64,000 bases of DNA from Eledone cirrhosa (taxonomy: Eukaryota), in assembly GCA_964016885.1 (NCBI GenBank), contig OZ024742.1, positions 366,978,001-367,042,000 of the forward strand. Direction: 5' to 3'. The stretch's first letter is position 1, and the number at the start of each line of letters is the position of its first letter. The translations under genes and the position numbers were made by a program. Of this stretch, positions 45,949-58,181 are shown one piece after another. Under the pieces are notes generated by a model, which saw only the letters and a list, made by a program, of their open reading frames with translations, did no database searches and had not been told where the DNA came from.

Positions 45949-46275
45949 AAGAATGTTTAGTATCCTGGTCACTTCTAAGTATATTAAAATACTGGATAGT
46001 GTTCTTATATATAACAACGCTCATGGTATCAGAACTTAGCGTGCCTCGCAGACTCATACCACTAAAAATAGCATCCGGGTTTACTCGACATTTGAATTAG
46101 CTCAACGAATTAAAGGAGCCGAATATTTCAAAGGCATTTATTAGTTAGAAACTCCAAATAGTCTCTTACAATAGATTAGCTCTAAGAAATAGATTTTTCC
46201 GAGCCGTATAATATAACTGAAGAAACTATTTTGAGTTTCTAACTCAAAATATGCCTTTGATATATATATATATAT

Positions 46276-46456
46276 GGGAAAAAGTTTGACCCCGACAGCA
46301 GAGCTCAAGCCGTTTCGCGTCCAGAAATAGCCGTCGAAACGGCTTGAGCTCTGCCGTCGGTGTCAAACTTTTTCCTGTTACCCACTCTACTACCCTAAGT
46401 ATTGAGTACTCTGGTGCGTTATGGTCCATCTGGTTCCTTACCACACTTCCGTCGTT
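46276..46456. mobile_element. Short fold-back TA-flanked element
   Basis: ggaaaaagtttgac..cgacagcagagctcaagccgtttcg is mirrored by cgaaacggcttgagctctgccgtcgg..tcaaactttttcc. Confidence 0.85.
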
Positions 46457-46479
46457 ATATATATATATATATATGTATA

Positions 46480-46542
<63 letters not shown>

Positions 46543-46809
46543 GTATATATATGTGTTTATGTATGTATGTGTTATGTATATATATGTATATGTATACATA
46601 TATATATGTATATATATATATGTTTATGTATGTGTATATGTGTATATATGTATATGCTTGTGTATGAATGTGTATGTGTGTATGTATGTATATGTATATG
46701 TATGTATATGTGTATATATATGTATATATGTGTAGATATGTATATATATATATATGGTTGTGTACATATATGTGTATATATATATTTATGTATGTGTGTG
46801 TGTATGTGT

Positions 46810-46847
<38 letters not shown>

Positions 46848-46856
46848 ATGTGTATG

Positions 46857-46910
<54 letters not shown>

Positions 46911-46960
46911 ATGTGTGTGTGTATTGTATATGTATATATATATATGTGTGTGTATGTATA

Positions 46961-47392
46961 TTCACACCACATATAGAGAGAGGAACAGTTATATTGATAT
47001 CTAACCAAAATATACATACGTGCAAATAGATGCAAACCTAAATACACATCCACACCCATGCATATAATCATATATATACATATCCATACATATCTATATC
47101 CACATATACACATCTATACCCCCATATATACATATACAGATACATACACATATACACATATATATATATATATCGACAGTCGATCGACTTTCGTCAAATC
47201 GGACCGAGGAAACAATGTTTCCGTTGGTCTTTCCAATTGCTAGTACTCTCTATCGGTCGCAACTCCAGGTAGAAGGAGCAACGTGAAATAAAGTGTCTTG
47301 CTCAAGGACATAACGCATCACCCGGTCCGGGAATGGAACTCACAATCTCACGATTAGGAATCCAATTCTCTAACCACTCGGCCACACGCCTT

Positions 47393-47446
<54 letters not shown>

Positions 47447-48656
47447 TGTGTATATATATGTATATATGTGTATATGTGTGTGTATATATGTATGTATGTA
47501 TGTATGTGTGTGTGTCTATATGTATGTACATGTATATATGTATGTATGTATGTGTGTGTGTATATATATATATATATGTGTATATGTGTATATATCTGTA
47601 TATGTATATGTATATATGGGGGTATAGATGTGTATATGTGGATATAGATATGTATGGATATGTATATATATGATTATATGCATGGGTGTGGATGTGTATT
47701 TAGGTTTGCATCTATTTGCACGTATGTATATTTTGGTTAGATATCAATATAACTGTACCTCTCTCTATATGTGGTGTGACTATATGCACTTGGTAGACTA
47801 TGAAATGTATGCGTTTTAACTATGCCAACATGTACTTATCTGAGTTTGATTGTTTATACATAAACATACTTAGTAATATTTTAGAGCGTATAATGTTGTA
47901 TTATACTAAGTGCAATTTACCACACCGTACTATATTCTGTTGGTTAAGTTGTATATTATCGCATTACTATATCTCATTATCTTATTATAATTGTTATCTT
48001 TTAATATACTATCTTTCCTAGCCATAACATTAATTTATATTCACCTTAAAACTCAATACAACACTAATCACCATTTATTTTGACATTCCTTTTAAATTCA
48101 CTATACCAGATACATTCAACTATCAGTTTGACTATCCCCTTCCTTCCTAATAGATTTTTGTGCCATCTCTACTAACACCTTTCAACCATTCCTTTCAAAG
48201 GGTCATGACCTCAACTAAAGTGTATTATTTTTCATCTTAACACCATATGAAAAAAACAATTTGATTCGTTAGTTCTTCAACTACCTCCAAATATGGACAT
48301 GATACTAATTCTTAGTAAAATTATTATTGAATAAAATTATTATTGCTTTTGAAAACAGCTGGTGATATGCATGTAAGTAAATATTCTCTCTGATAGTTTG
48401 TAAACTTACATAGATCAATAACTGAGTATAGATACAATGTATTATCACCATCTAGAAACGATCGTAAAGCAGTGAAGTATATCTCTAATGACTTGATTTT
48501 TTATTTCATTGTTTTAACTTACATCATGACTCTGTTTTCCTTTTAATGTTTTATTGTTTTCTGAGATTTATCTTAACCTACAACATTTTTAACATATGGA
48601 TTACATTGAGTTCTTCATACTGAATAGACGCCACAACTTACTGTGGATACCTCTGT

Positions 48657-48660
<4 letters not shown>
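46961..48660 (+). mobile_element. Insertion with inverted arm (46961-47160 / about 47575-47779) ending in a pLTR related to 9510
   Basis: Mirror arms; decayed hammerhead ttgctt TTGAAAA..GAAA CGATCG TA aagcag (about 48343-48472); ggattacattgagttctt shared with the 9510 element. Confidence 0.6.
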
Positions 48661-48713
<53 letters not shown>

Positions 48714-49600
48714 ATCGGTGTGTGTAGATTTACAGAAACGTTCTGGCATCGAACAAAAATCTATCGTTCATTTTCTCTTTCCAGTGACTTTTCATTTGTT
48801 ATTGTTTCTTTCTTTCATCTCTTTCTATCATCATTCCTAATTTTACCATTTTATCTATCTCTCTCTATCTCTTTCTCTCTTCCTCTCTATCTTTCTCTCT
48901 TTCTCTCTCTTCTACTTTACGTCTCTCTTATCATCTGCTCTCCCACTTCTCTCATTCCATCTCTCGTTCACTTGCCTCTATCTATTTCCAACTCCCCCTC
49001 TCTCTCTATTTCCCTTGACTCTTTTTCTCTCTATTTCAAATGACTCCCTCTCACTCTCTATCTTTCAACTCCCCCCCACACTTCTTCAACCCCCCCTCTC
49101 TCTCAACTTCATCTTCTTTCTTTATTCTTTATCTCCTCTCTGTAGATAGGAAGTGCTAATCTTTCGCCTTCTCCCATCCTCTGATGAACGAAATCACAAA
49201 TATTAATAGCTTTATTTAAAATCACTCAATAAATATCCGCCCTGATTATGTAACTCATTCTCTCCAGGAACCATGTTTGCCGTCGTCTTTCTCCAAAATC
49301 CAGCACAAATATTAAACCAACATCAGAAAACCATAACTAAACAAACATTAAACAACACAAAACAACAGAGTTGAAATATCGAAAATAAAATTTATTAAAT
49401 GTAAATAAAGTATCAAAATAAAATCAATAAAGAAGAAAGTGAATTAAAATATGTTTGCTAAATCAGTTATTAATAACAAAAGTAGTTTTCCAGCAGATAG
49501 GCACGAACGGAATTGATTCAACATTTGAAATTCACTTGTATATATTTAGAAACTGGCAAGAGAAATTTAAAGGAAAACAAAGCGAAATAAATGGGAAATG

Positions 49601-49990
49601 GGGGAACTCAGAACTGTGATCCCTTGTTTGGGAGGTATATCTCAGCTACTATACCCCTCGGGGAACTCAGAACTGTGATCCCTTGTTTGGGAGGTATATC
49701 TCAGCTACTATACCCCTCGGGGAACTCAGAACTGTGATCCCTTGTTTGGGAGGTATATCTCAGCTACTATACCCCTCGGGGAACTCAGAACTGTGATCCC
49801 TTGTTTGGGAGGTATATCTCAGCTACTATACCCCTCGGGGAACTCAGAACTGTGATCCCTTGTTTGGGAGGTATATCTCAGCTACTATACCCCTCGGGGA
49901 ACTCAGAACTGTGCTCCCTTGTTTGGGAGGTATATCTCAGCTACTATACCGCTCGGGGAGCTCCTTTGATGATGGTATATCTCAGCTATA
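49601..49990. repeat. 59-bp tandem repeat, about 6 copies
   Basis: ggggaactcagaactgtgatcccttgtttgggaggtatatctcagctactatacccctc at 49601, 49660, 49719, 49778, 49837, 49896. Confidence 0.97.
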
Positions 49991-52900
49991 TTTAGTGGAC
50001 AACCGACAGGGTGATGGTAGTAATACTACGCAGAACATCCAAAAGCAATGCCTGCAGCAACAGTTATTCCACTCCAGAAAGATCCTTCCTCAGGCGTGAT
50101 GCCCTCTGCAGAGGAAACCAACAACCTGGGTGACGAGGACATTGACCCCAACTGTAGATGTTGTCTTCGGTATTATTGGTTTTATTAGATGTGGAGCCGC
50201 ATGACTGAGAGCTAAGACTGTTGGACTTAAGATCATAATGTCATGGATGCCATTCCTGGCTTATTTGTTGTGTTCTTTAGCAAAATATTTCATTTCACGT
50301 TGCTCCAGTATACTCAGCTGAAAATGAGTATCAGAAATAGCTGGGGGTTCACCTTGCGATCGACTAGCGTCATATCCAGGAGGGGATCTTGTATTATCAG
50401 TCGCTTCCCACCACGGAAACTGGAATAAGAACTGCTGAGCCTCCATACTTGAGACAGACTTTACTTCGATTATTGAAAGATAGGAAAGAGAAAAAACTAA
50501 ATTTTTAAATGTCCACTAAGTTCACTGTTCAATATTTTTCCATAGTACCATAGAAAAAAACCTTCGCATGAAGGTCAGTATAGGCCCCTAAGAGGATATT
50601 AAATTCTGGCAGGGGGGACTAAAATCTTAGGGTTTCACAAGCTCAAAAGGGATAAATGCACTAGATTGCAGTTATTTCTTAATAAGAGATCACAAATGTC
50701 TGGGTTATAAAGATTAGCTGCCATCCAGTCAGGTATTCTGCCCTTGCAGAATACATGACTGGATGTGATAGGCTAATGTTCAGGGAAGGTTAGTTTATAA
50801 CGAACAGATCGTTTAAATGAACGAGCGAATCTGACCAAAAAATAACCTATATTTTTGGCGTCGCTAACGATGCATATAATCGTATTTAGTGAAGACACGT
50901 CGCTTACTGGCTAGAGAATTGAATTCAAAATCGTAAAGTTGCGAGTTCGATTCCCGGACTAAGCATTGCGTTATATCCTTGAGAAATACACTTTATTTCC
51001 CATTGCTCTTTCTACCCGGAGTCACGACCGGTAGATAGTAGCTGAAAGACAACTGGCAATGTTGTTTCTTTGGTTCGATTTAACAAGTTCCACCTCACTA
51101 GATAAGTTAGGTCTGAGAATCCATATTTCCGTATCCATATTTTCAATAGAATTAGATTTTAAAGGAAACCCTCAACCTCATGTTTGTGATCTCCTCCACT
51201 GCCACCAAAACCATCTTTCAATAAAAAATAATTCACGCTTTAAAAGTACGTTTACATTTATAGTTTATTGATTCGTTTCTCCTGTGAATTAGTTTTGTAA
51301 TTTTATATTCGATTAATTATTGGGAAATATAATTTTGTTACAGAGAGTTTGCAAAAGAGAGGTTCTGTCAGTGAATGAGATTTCTCCAGTCATATTTCTA
51401 GTATTAACACAAAACAAGGGAATTGGAGTGAACAAGGAAGTGGGATGCAGTTGATTAAATGAACATCTCCAGTGGGTGTCTAAGTCCAGGCTCATAATAT
51501 TCATAAGGTTGTCTAGGCTGAAAATTAGGGCTCTCACAAGGACTAGGGGTATGACATTTGTTTTCTTTTGTAGTAGTGGAATGAGGGATTAAAGGCCCAG
51601 AATGTCCACGTGATACTATAAGCATACTGACCCGTGGCTAACTATCTCTCTATCTCTCTCTCATGATCAGGGATGTATTACTCATAAGGCTGACAAAGCT
51701 GGATGAAGCCTAGTAGATCTGCAAGCACTATGACTCCCTATTTTTTTATCTGCACTGGGATGAAAGACTGAAATCCCAGAGGAGGCCCAAAATACCTGAA
51801 AGGATTTTTTGTCTGCCTTCACGTGACCTAATAGTAAGGGGGTTGAATTTACGATCAAAATCTCGTTGATTCGATTCCTAGACTGGGTTGCGTGTTGTTT
51901 TCTTGAGCAAAACACTTCATTTTACGTTGCCCCAGTATACACGGCTGACAATGAACACCAGCAGTAACTGGAGGTTCAAAACATGCGATGGGATGGCGTA
52001 CTGTCCAGGGGAAGAATCTTCTATTCCCTGTCGATTTACGCCGCTGAAACCGGGATAAGTACCGGCTTGGTGAACCTCTGGTCTCGAGACAGACTTTAGA
52101 CGTTTCTTCACCACATTTTCAAGTGTTTACTGGAGAACGGTTTGGACTGGGAATGGTTCTTGTATTAATGTTCCGAGTACACACACACGCACACACACAC
52201 ACACATACACACACACATACACAGTCATACACATACACACCCATTATATATATATAAGATCCTGTTAAGGGTGAAAGCAGCGAAACTTTAATCTGTTATT
52301 TTAATAAATATTTGCTCTAGGGCTTTTATATATTTGATATTTATTTATCCTTATCGAGCTTTCTTTGGATTTTAGTCTTCACAATTATTATTATTAATAT
52401 ATATATATATTTATATATATATTAGCAGAATGGCCCGGCGCTGATCGGGATTCTAAACATAGATTGGGATTCTAATTATTTAATTTCTCTGTGAACTATT
52501 TTATTATTTTGTAACAGAATATATGATAACAAGGGAAAAACCATTAATACATTATTTCACTGTATTTGGTGTATCTTTGATGGTACGTGGCCTAGTGGCC
52601 AGGGCGTTGGGCTCACAATCTTAAGGTCGCGAGCTTGATTCTTGGACTGGGCGGTATTGAGCAAAATACAACATTTTACGATGTTCCTTCTGTCATGAGA
52701 TGCAATAAAGAGACAGTATCAGCAACAGAAGAGACCAATGGAAACATTTCTTTATTCTGATCTGACGATCGGCTCATTTCCTGATTTCAATGTATCTACT
52801 TTCACACCACAATATCCTGTATGTTGTAGCAGACATTCAGTGAACAGATCGTAGCTGAAAGAATAAAACCACGAAAGAATTAGCTGCATTAAACCATAAA

Positions 52901-53079
52901 ATAAACTAAAAGAACCGACATTGCAATAAACTAACGAAAATATCTCAGAAAAAATAATAAAATATAGTTTTATTATCCTAAAACCAAAATACTTCAAAGA
53001 AATTTCTTACGAAGCAGTTTCTAACATAAAATGACATTATATATTTTATGTGGTGAATAAAATTAGAAGAAAATATATT

Positions 53080-53525
53080 GCTAACATTGGCGTAAGGCCA
53101 GCAATCTGTGGAGTATTTGTTATATCTGCTTCAATATATAACTGGTACTTTAGTTGATCGAACTCAGAAGGATAAACGGCAAAGTTAACCTCGGCGGGAT
53201 TTGAACTCAGACCATAAAGGGCCGTAACTCTTTGCTGCAAAGCATGGCGCCCAACCCTCTACCAATACTGCCAATCCACCACCCTAGCATGGCGTCCGAC
53301 CCTCTACCGATACTGCCAAGCCACCGCCCTAATAATAATGCTTTCTGATGTAGGCACAAGGCCAACAGGTTTTAGGGTGGGTAAAGTCGATTAAATCGAT
53401 CCCAGTGCATTACTGGTACTTTATTTTATCGACCCCATAAGGATGAAAGGCAAAGCTAACCTCGACAGCATATAAACTTAGAACGTAAAGGGCCGTAACT
53501 ATATGCTGCAGAGCATGTCCGACAC
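53080..53525 (-). mobile_element. Two adjacent family 1 SINEs
   Basis: Family body twice; the head segment of the first is duplicated (53241-53330). Confidence 0.85.
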
Positions 53526-54354
53526 AATAGTGTTAATCCACGACCCCTACACCAGTTTGATAACGAAAAAGGGCAGTTATTATACTAAATCCCTCCAGAT
53601 TCGTGACTATTTTCGAAACAGGCTCTTTCATTACACATTTTTTTATCATTTTTTTTTGTTTCAAGCTAATTGAAATAAGAGCAAGCATGATGATATTGCG
53701 TGCAGTTCTGTTTGTACAAGAAATGAATTTCAGAAAGAATTGTTCGCAAATAATGAAGTAGATGGTACAAAAAGCTATTTCCATCCTCCAACATAATCAG
53801 TTCCTACATATGATTTCTGATTAAATCTCAGTCAATCTTCTACAAGAGTTCTTTGCTTTAATGGAATTTCTTTCTTTCATTCCTAAAAACTATTAAAAGA
53901 AGCCAATTTTTTCTTGGCGTTTTACCCCCCCCCCCCACACACACACACTCACAAAACACACAACACACAACACACATATACACATATACACGCATAAGTG
54001 CATGGCTGCGTGGGTAAAGGGTTCGCTTCATAACGACATTGTTCTGGGAGGTTCGGTCTCGCTGTGTGGCACCTTGGACAAGTATCTTTTAATTTTGGCC
54101 AGTGTCTTGAGAGAGAGTAGAAGAATTTGGCAGATGGAAACTATAGAAGTGCATCGTATATATATATGTATCTATATGTATATATATATGTATATGTGTA
54201 TATATATATATGTATATGTGTATTCATATGTATATGCGTATTCATATGTATAAGTATCTGTATATGTGTATGTATATATGTATATGTATATGTAAATATA
54301 TATATGTATATGTATATATATATATATGCATATATATGTGTTTATATATATATG

Positions 54355-54407
<53 letters not shown>

Positions 54408-54409
<2 letters not shown>

Positions 54410-54598
54410 CAAAGGAATTGTGGTAAGAAACCAGATGGACCATAACGCACCAGAGTACTCAATACTTACTGTAGTAGAGTGGGAAATAGGAAAAAGTATG
54501 ACCCCAACGGCAGAGCTCAAGCCGTTTCGAGGACTATTTCTGAGTCCAGAAATAGCCGTCGCCACGGCTTGAGCTCTGCCGTCGAGGTCATACTTTTT

Positions 54599-54601
<3 letters not shown>
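54408..54601. mobile_element. Short fold-back TA-flanked element (family of 46276)
   Basis: Highly similar to 46276-46456 in the opposite orientation, with its own hairpin. Confidence 0.85.
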
Positions 54602-54657
<56 letters not shown>

Positions 54658-54662
<5 letters not shown>

Positions 54663-54827
54663 GAGATGAAATCGAAAATGCAACTGGAGTCTTATTTTTT
54701 TTTTAAATATATATATTTAAAAAAAAAATAAGACTCCAGTTGCATTTTCGATTTCATCTCTTTTTCTTTATACTTTCACTCGTGTAGGACACCTCGGTTA
54801 TTTTTCATTTTGTAAAAAAAATCTCAC

Positions 54828-54835
<8 letters not shown>
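54658..54835. mobile_element. Short fold-back TA-flanked element
   Basis: aaaagagatgaaatcgaaaatgcaactggagtctta is mirrored across a central TA run. Confidence 0.8.
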
Positions 54836-54898
<63 letters not shown>

Positions 54899-55616
54899 AT
54901 GTGTGATTTTATCTGTACGTGTGTTTGAGTGCATGTGAGAGAGAGCTGGAGAACATGTTTGCATGCCTATGTTTTTTTCTGTCTCTGTCTGTCCCGTAAC
55001 TTAGAGCTTCCACAAAAAGACGTCGATAAAATAAGTAACAAATTGCAAAAAATTAAGTACGTACAAGTGGCTGAACATTCCACAGACACACGTACCCTTA
55101 ACATACATGTTACACAGTGTTACAAGGCTGACCATTCGAACTACAGCCACAATTTATTTTTGCCAGCTGTGTAGACTGAAGCAATGTGAAATAAAATGCC
55201 TCGCTCAAGGACACAATGCGCCGTCGGGAATCGAACTCACAGCCTTACGATTCTAAGCCTAATACCCTAACCTCAAAGCCTACTAAACTGTGATTTATTT
55301 TATGAGAAATACTAAACTCCTAGTCGTATTTATCAAAGTAATATTTACTTTATTACAAGAGTATTTGTGATTAATTCAATCTGATTTAAGGTTTTCTGGT
55401 TTCTAATGCTTCATATCTGAAATATCTGAATTACATGGAAATATATGAAATTATATATTCTCTTATTTCTATTAGATCTCATTAGAACTAATATCTACAT
55501 TATCACATTAGTGTTTATCGTATTCCTCACGTTAATGTAGAGAAGATAAGGAAATGATATTCCCAGTGACTGACAGTAATTAAACGTTTGTATGTATGTG
55601 TGTGTGTGTGTGTATG

Positions 55617-56235
55617 TTCTTCTGGTTTTATAATTTTCAAATGTTTTCCCAATAGAGAGAGAGTCGGTTTCTAACATAGACACAAGACTCTCTCATTGGA
55701 ATTTACACAACATCAACTAGGTAGATATGTATGTATGCATGCATGTGTAGATATGGATGTTATTGTATGTGTGTATGTGTATGTTTTGAGTTGTATGTGT
55801 GCATGTGTATATGCTTTGCATCTGTACATGTGTATATGCAGTTATTAGATGCAACATTTTTGGAATGTTTTACATATTTTTACTGTTCCATTAATGGATT
55901 GTACTTGTAATTTCCTAACTAGTTGTGTTCTTTCTGTTCCTGTAAACCCTAGCTTCTCAAGATTTGTATTGAGGCAGTTACTAACATACCCCAGTGCCCC
56001 AATAATCACAGGCATAAATCTGAAGGTGTAATCAGGGTGGAGTATCTGCAGATTTCTCATCAGTTCTGCATAAATATTCTCCTTTTCACTAATCTTTGAT
56101 ATTATATTGGCATGTGCTGGGCAGCTAATTTCCATTACTGTGCATGCTTTCTTCTCCCTGTCCCATATCATAATATCTGGTCTGTTATGCCTGCATTTTA
56201 TTGGTTTTTTTACTGGAACGTTCCACCAGTACTCT
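55617..56235 (-). mobile_element. 3' fragment of the (CATA)n-associated R4/Dong-like element
   Basis: ORF 55845-56171 is nearly identical to the C-terminus of the 17488-19191 protein; the same 3' end is followed by cataca. Confidence 0.93.
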
Positions 56236-56490
56236 GAATAAAAAAACCTGCAGCTTCGGAAGCATCTGATGATGTTGACCAGTTCTCCTTTTCGGGTAGT
56301 GTTTTCGATGCTCAGAGAGTGGGATTAGTCGGGTGCAAGGCCTTTCCCCACTTAAAAAAACCTTCAAAGCACAGGCATTGCTTGTTCAGGATATGTTATA
56401 GTTTCGTGTGGCTGGTCGTATCCTAAAAGTGCACCAAAGTCTATAATCTGGCAAGCGATTGCAATACTCTTAGCAGAGTTTACAGCCATC

Positions 56491-56523
<33 letters not shown>

Positions 56524-57021
56524 TGTATGTATGTATGTATGTATGTATGTATGTATGTATGTATGTATGTATGTATGTATGTATGTATGCGGAAGAACTC
56601 ATAAGAGTCAACGGCCATCCAAAAATGTGTAAATATGTATATACTCATGTAAATATGTATGTGTATGTTTATGTATATGCGCGGGGGCATAGAAATAGTC
56701 GGGCTGGATACTCGATCGCGCTGTTAAACCACTGGGAGTGAAGGGCTCCTAGCCTGTGTCAGGGCATTCTTCTAGGAGAAGGCAACCCAGGAAACTCCGA
56801 CATAAAATCTTCGGTTCAGTAGTTACCGATGATGTTGATCTTTTCTTATTTTCGGGTTATAGCTATTGTCACTCACAGAGTGGGATTGGCTCAGTGCACA
56901 GTCATTCCTCACTTTAAAATAAATCTTCATGCACAGGCATTGCACTATAATTTAATTGATAATCATTAATAATGTTATATCGTGCAATGGGCATACTCGA
57001 TAACGAGGGGGCAGCCATCAT
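56236..57021 (+). mobile_element. Two diverged copies of the non-coding (TATG)n-tailed repeat (56236-56490, 56590-57021)
   Basis: Shared gatgatgttga, gagtgggatt, gcacaggcattgc, cagccatcat + (TATG)n. Confidence 0.6.
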
Positions 57022-57279
57022 GTATGTATGTATGAATGTATGTATGTATACATTTCTTCCTGTCAGAAGTATAAAAAACAATAAGCCTCGGCCGGTTGAC
57101 CCCGACGTCATTTGAAATCTCATCAAAACCAGAGAACCAAAGTGGAAGTAAAGATGATCAGTGTAGCATATGCAGAGAGGAATGTAAATCCTTGGCAGGG
57201 CTAAAGAGTCATGTTTGTACCACCCAAGTGTAAGAGAGGGATCTGGTGGTGGCAATTCTTGAAATTCGAGATATAGACA

Positions 57280-57346
<67 letters not shown>

Positions 57347-57679
57347 GTGGTGGACTGGCCAGGTTGCCAGGTTGCCCAATGGCAAGTGCGCCCCAGGAGG
57401 CCACGGTAGCATTGCAGGCCCGCTGAAGTATTTTAGGGGCCAGTGCTTTGCTTTCAAAAAATATCAGGAATCTAAGAGAATAAATAATTTTTTTTTTTTA
57501 TTAATAAAACAATTAAGCAAAGCATTTGGTCAACCAAATCCCCAGGGAATTACTAGAAACCAAAATATACGATAGTGTAATTAGCTGGAATCAGTGGTTG
57601 TACATTCTACTAAATCTAAAGCTTAGTATATTCATTCATGGATACAAACATACATATATAGACACAGACACACACACAC

Positions 57680-57751
<72 letters not shown>

Positions 57752-58083
57752 TTTTTTTTTTTTAAATAGAGGTGTGACACACGAGTTGTGATATATTAGT
57801 AAAAAGGAAAAGAAAATGCTGACAAATTTTTCCCAGTGAAAAATAGTTTAATTAGGAATAAGTATAAATTAGTAATAAGTATTGGTTAGTATTCAGTTTT
57901 AGTTTTAAGTTTTTACCAGTTGCGCATTTCTAATGCCTTTCAAAAATAATTTTGAGATAGAGCGCTCGTGATGTTTGCTCTAATATATATATATATATAT
58001 ATACTGACACACGAACTACTAACCAAATAATATTTGGTATCAAATTTGTTAAAGACACCTGTCAAATCAATTAGTGGTGAAGG

Positions 58084-58175
<92 letters not shown>

Positions 58176-58181
58176 TAATAT

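Noticed and set aside
52422-52455. Helitron-like 3' end on minus (hairpin + CTAA)
   Set aside because: Terminal CTAG is imperfect and no matching 5' end was found.
57344-57450. hAT-like terminus cagtggtggactggcc
   Set aside because: No partner TIR or TSD identified.
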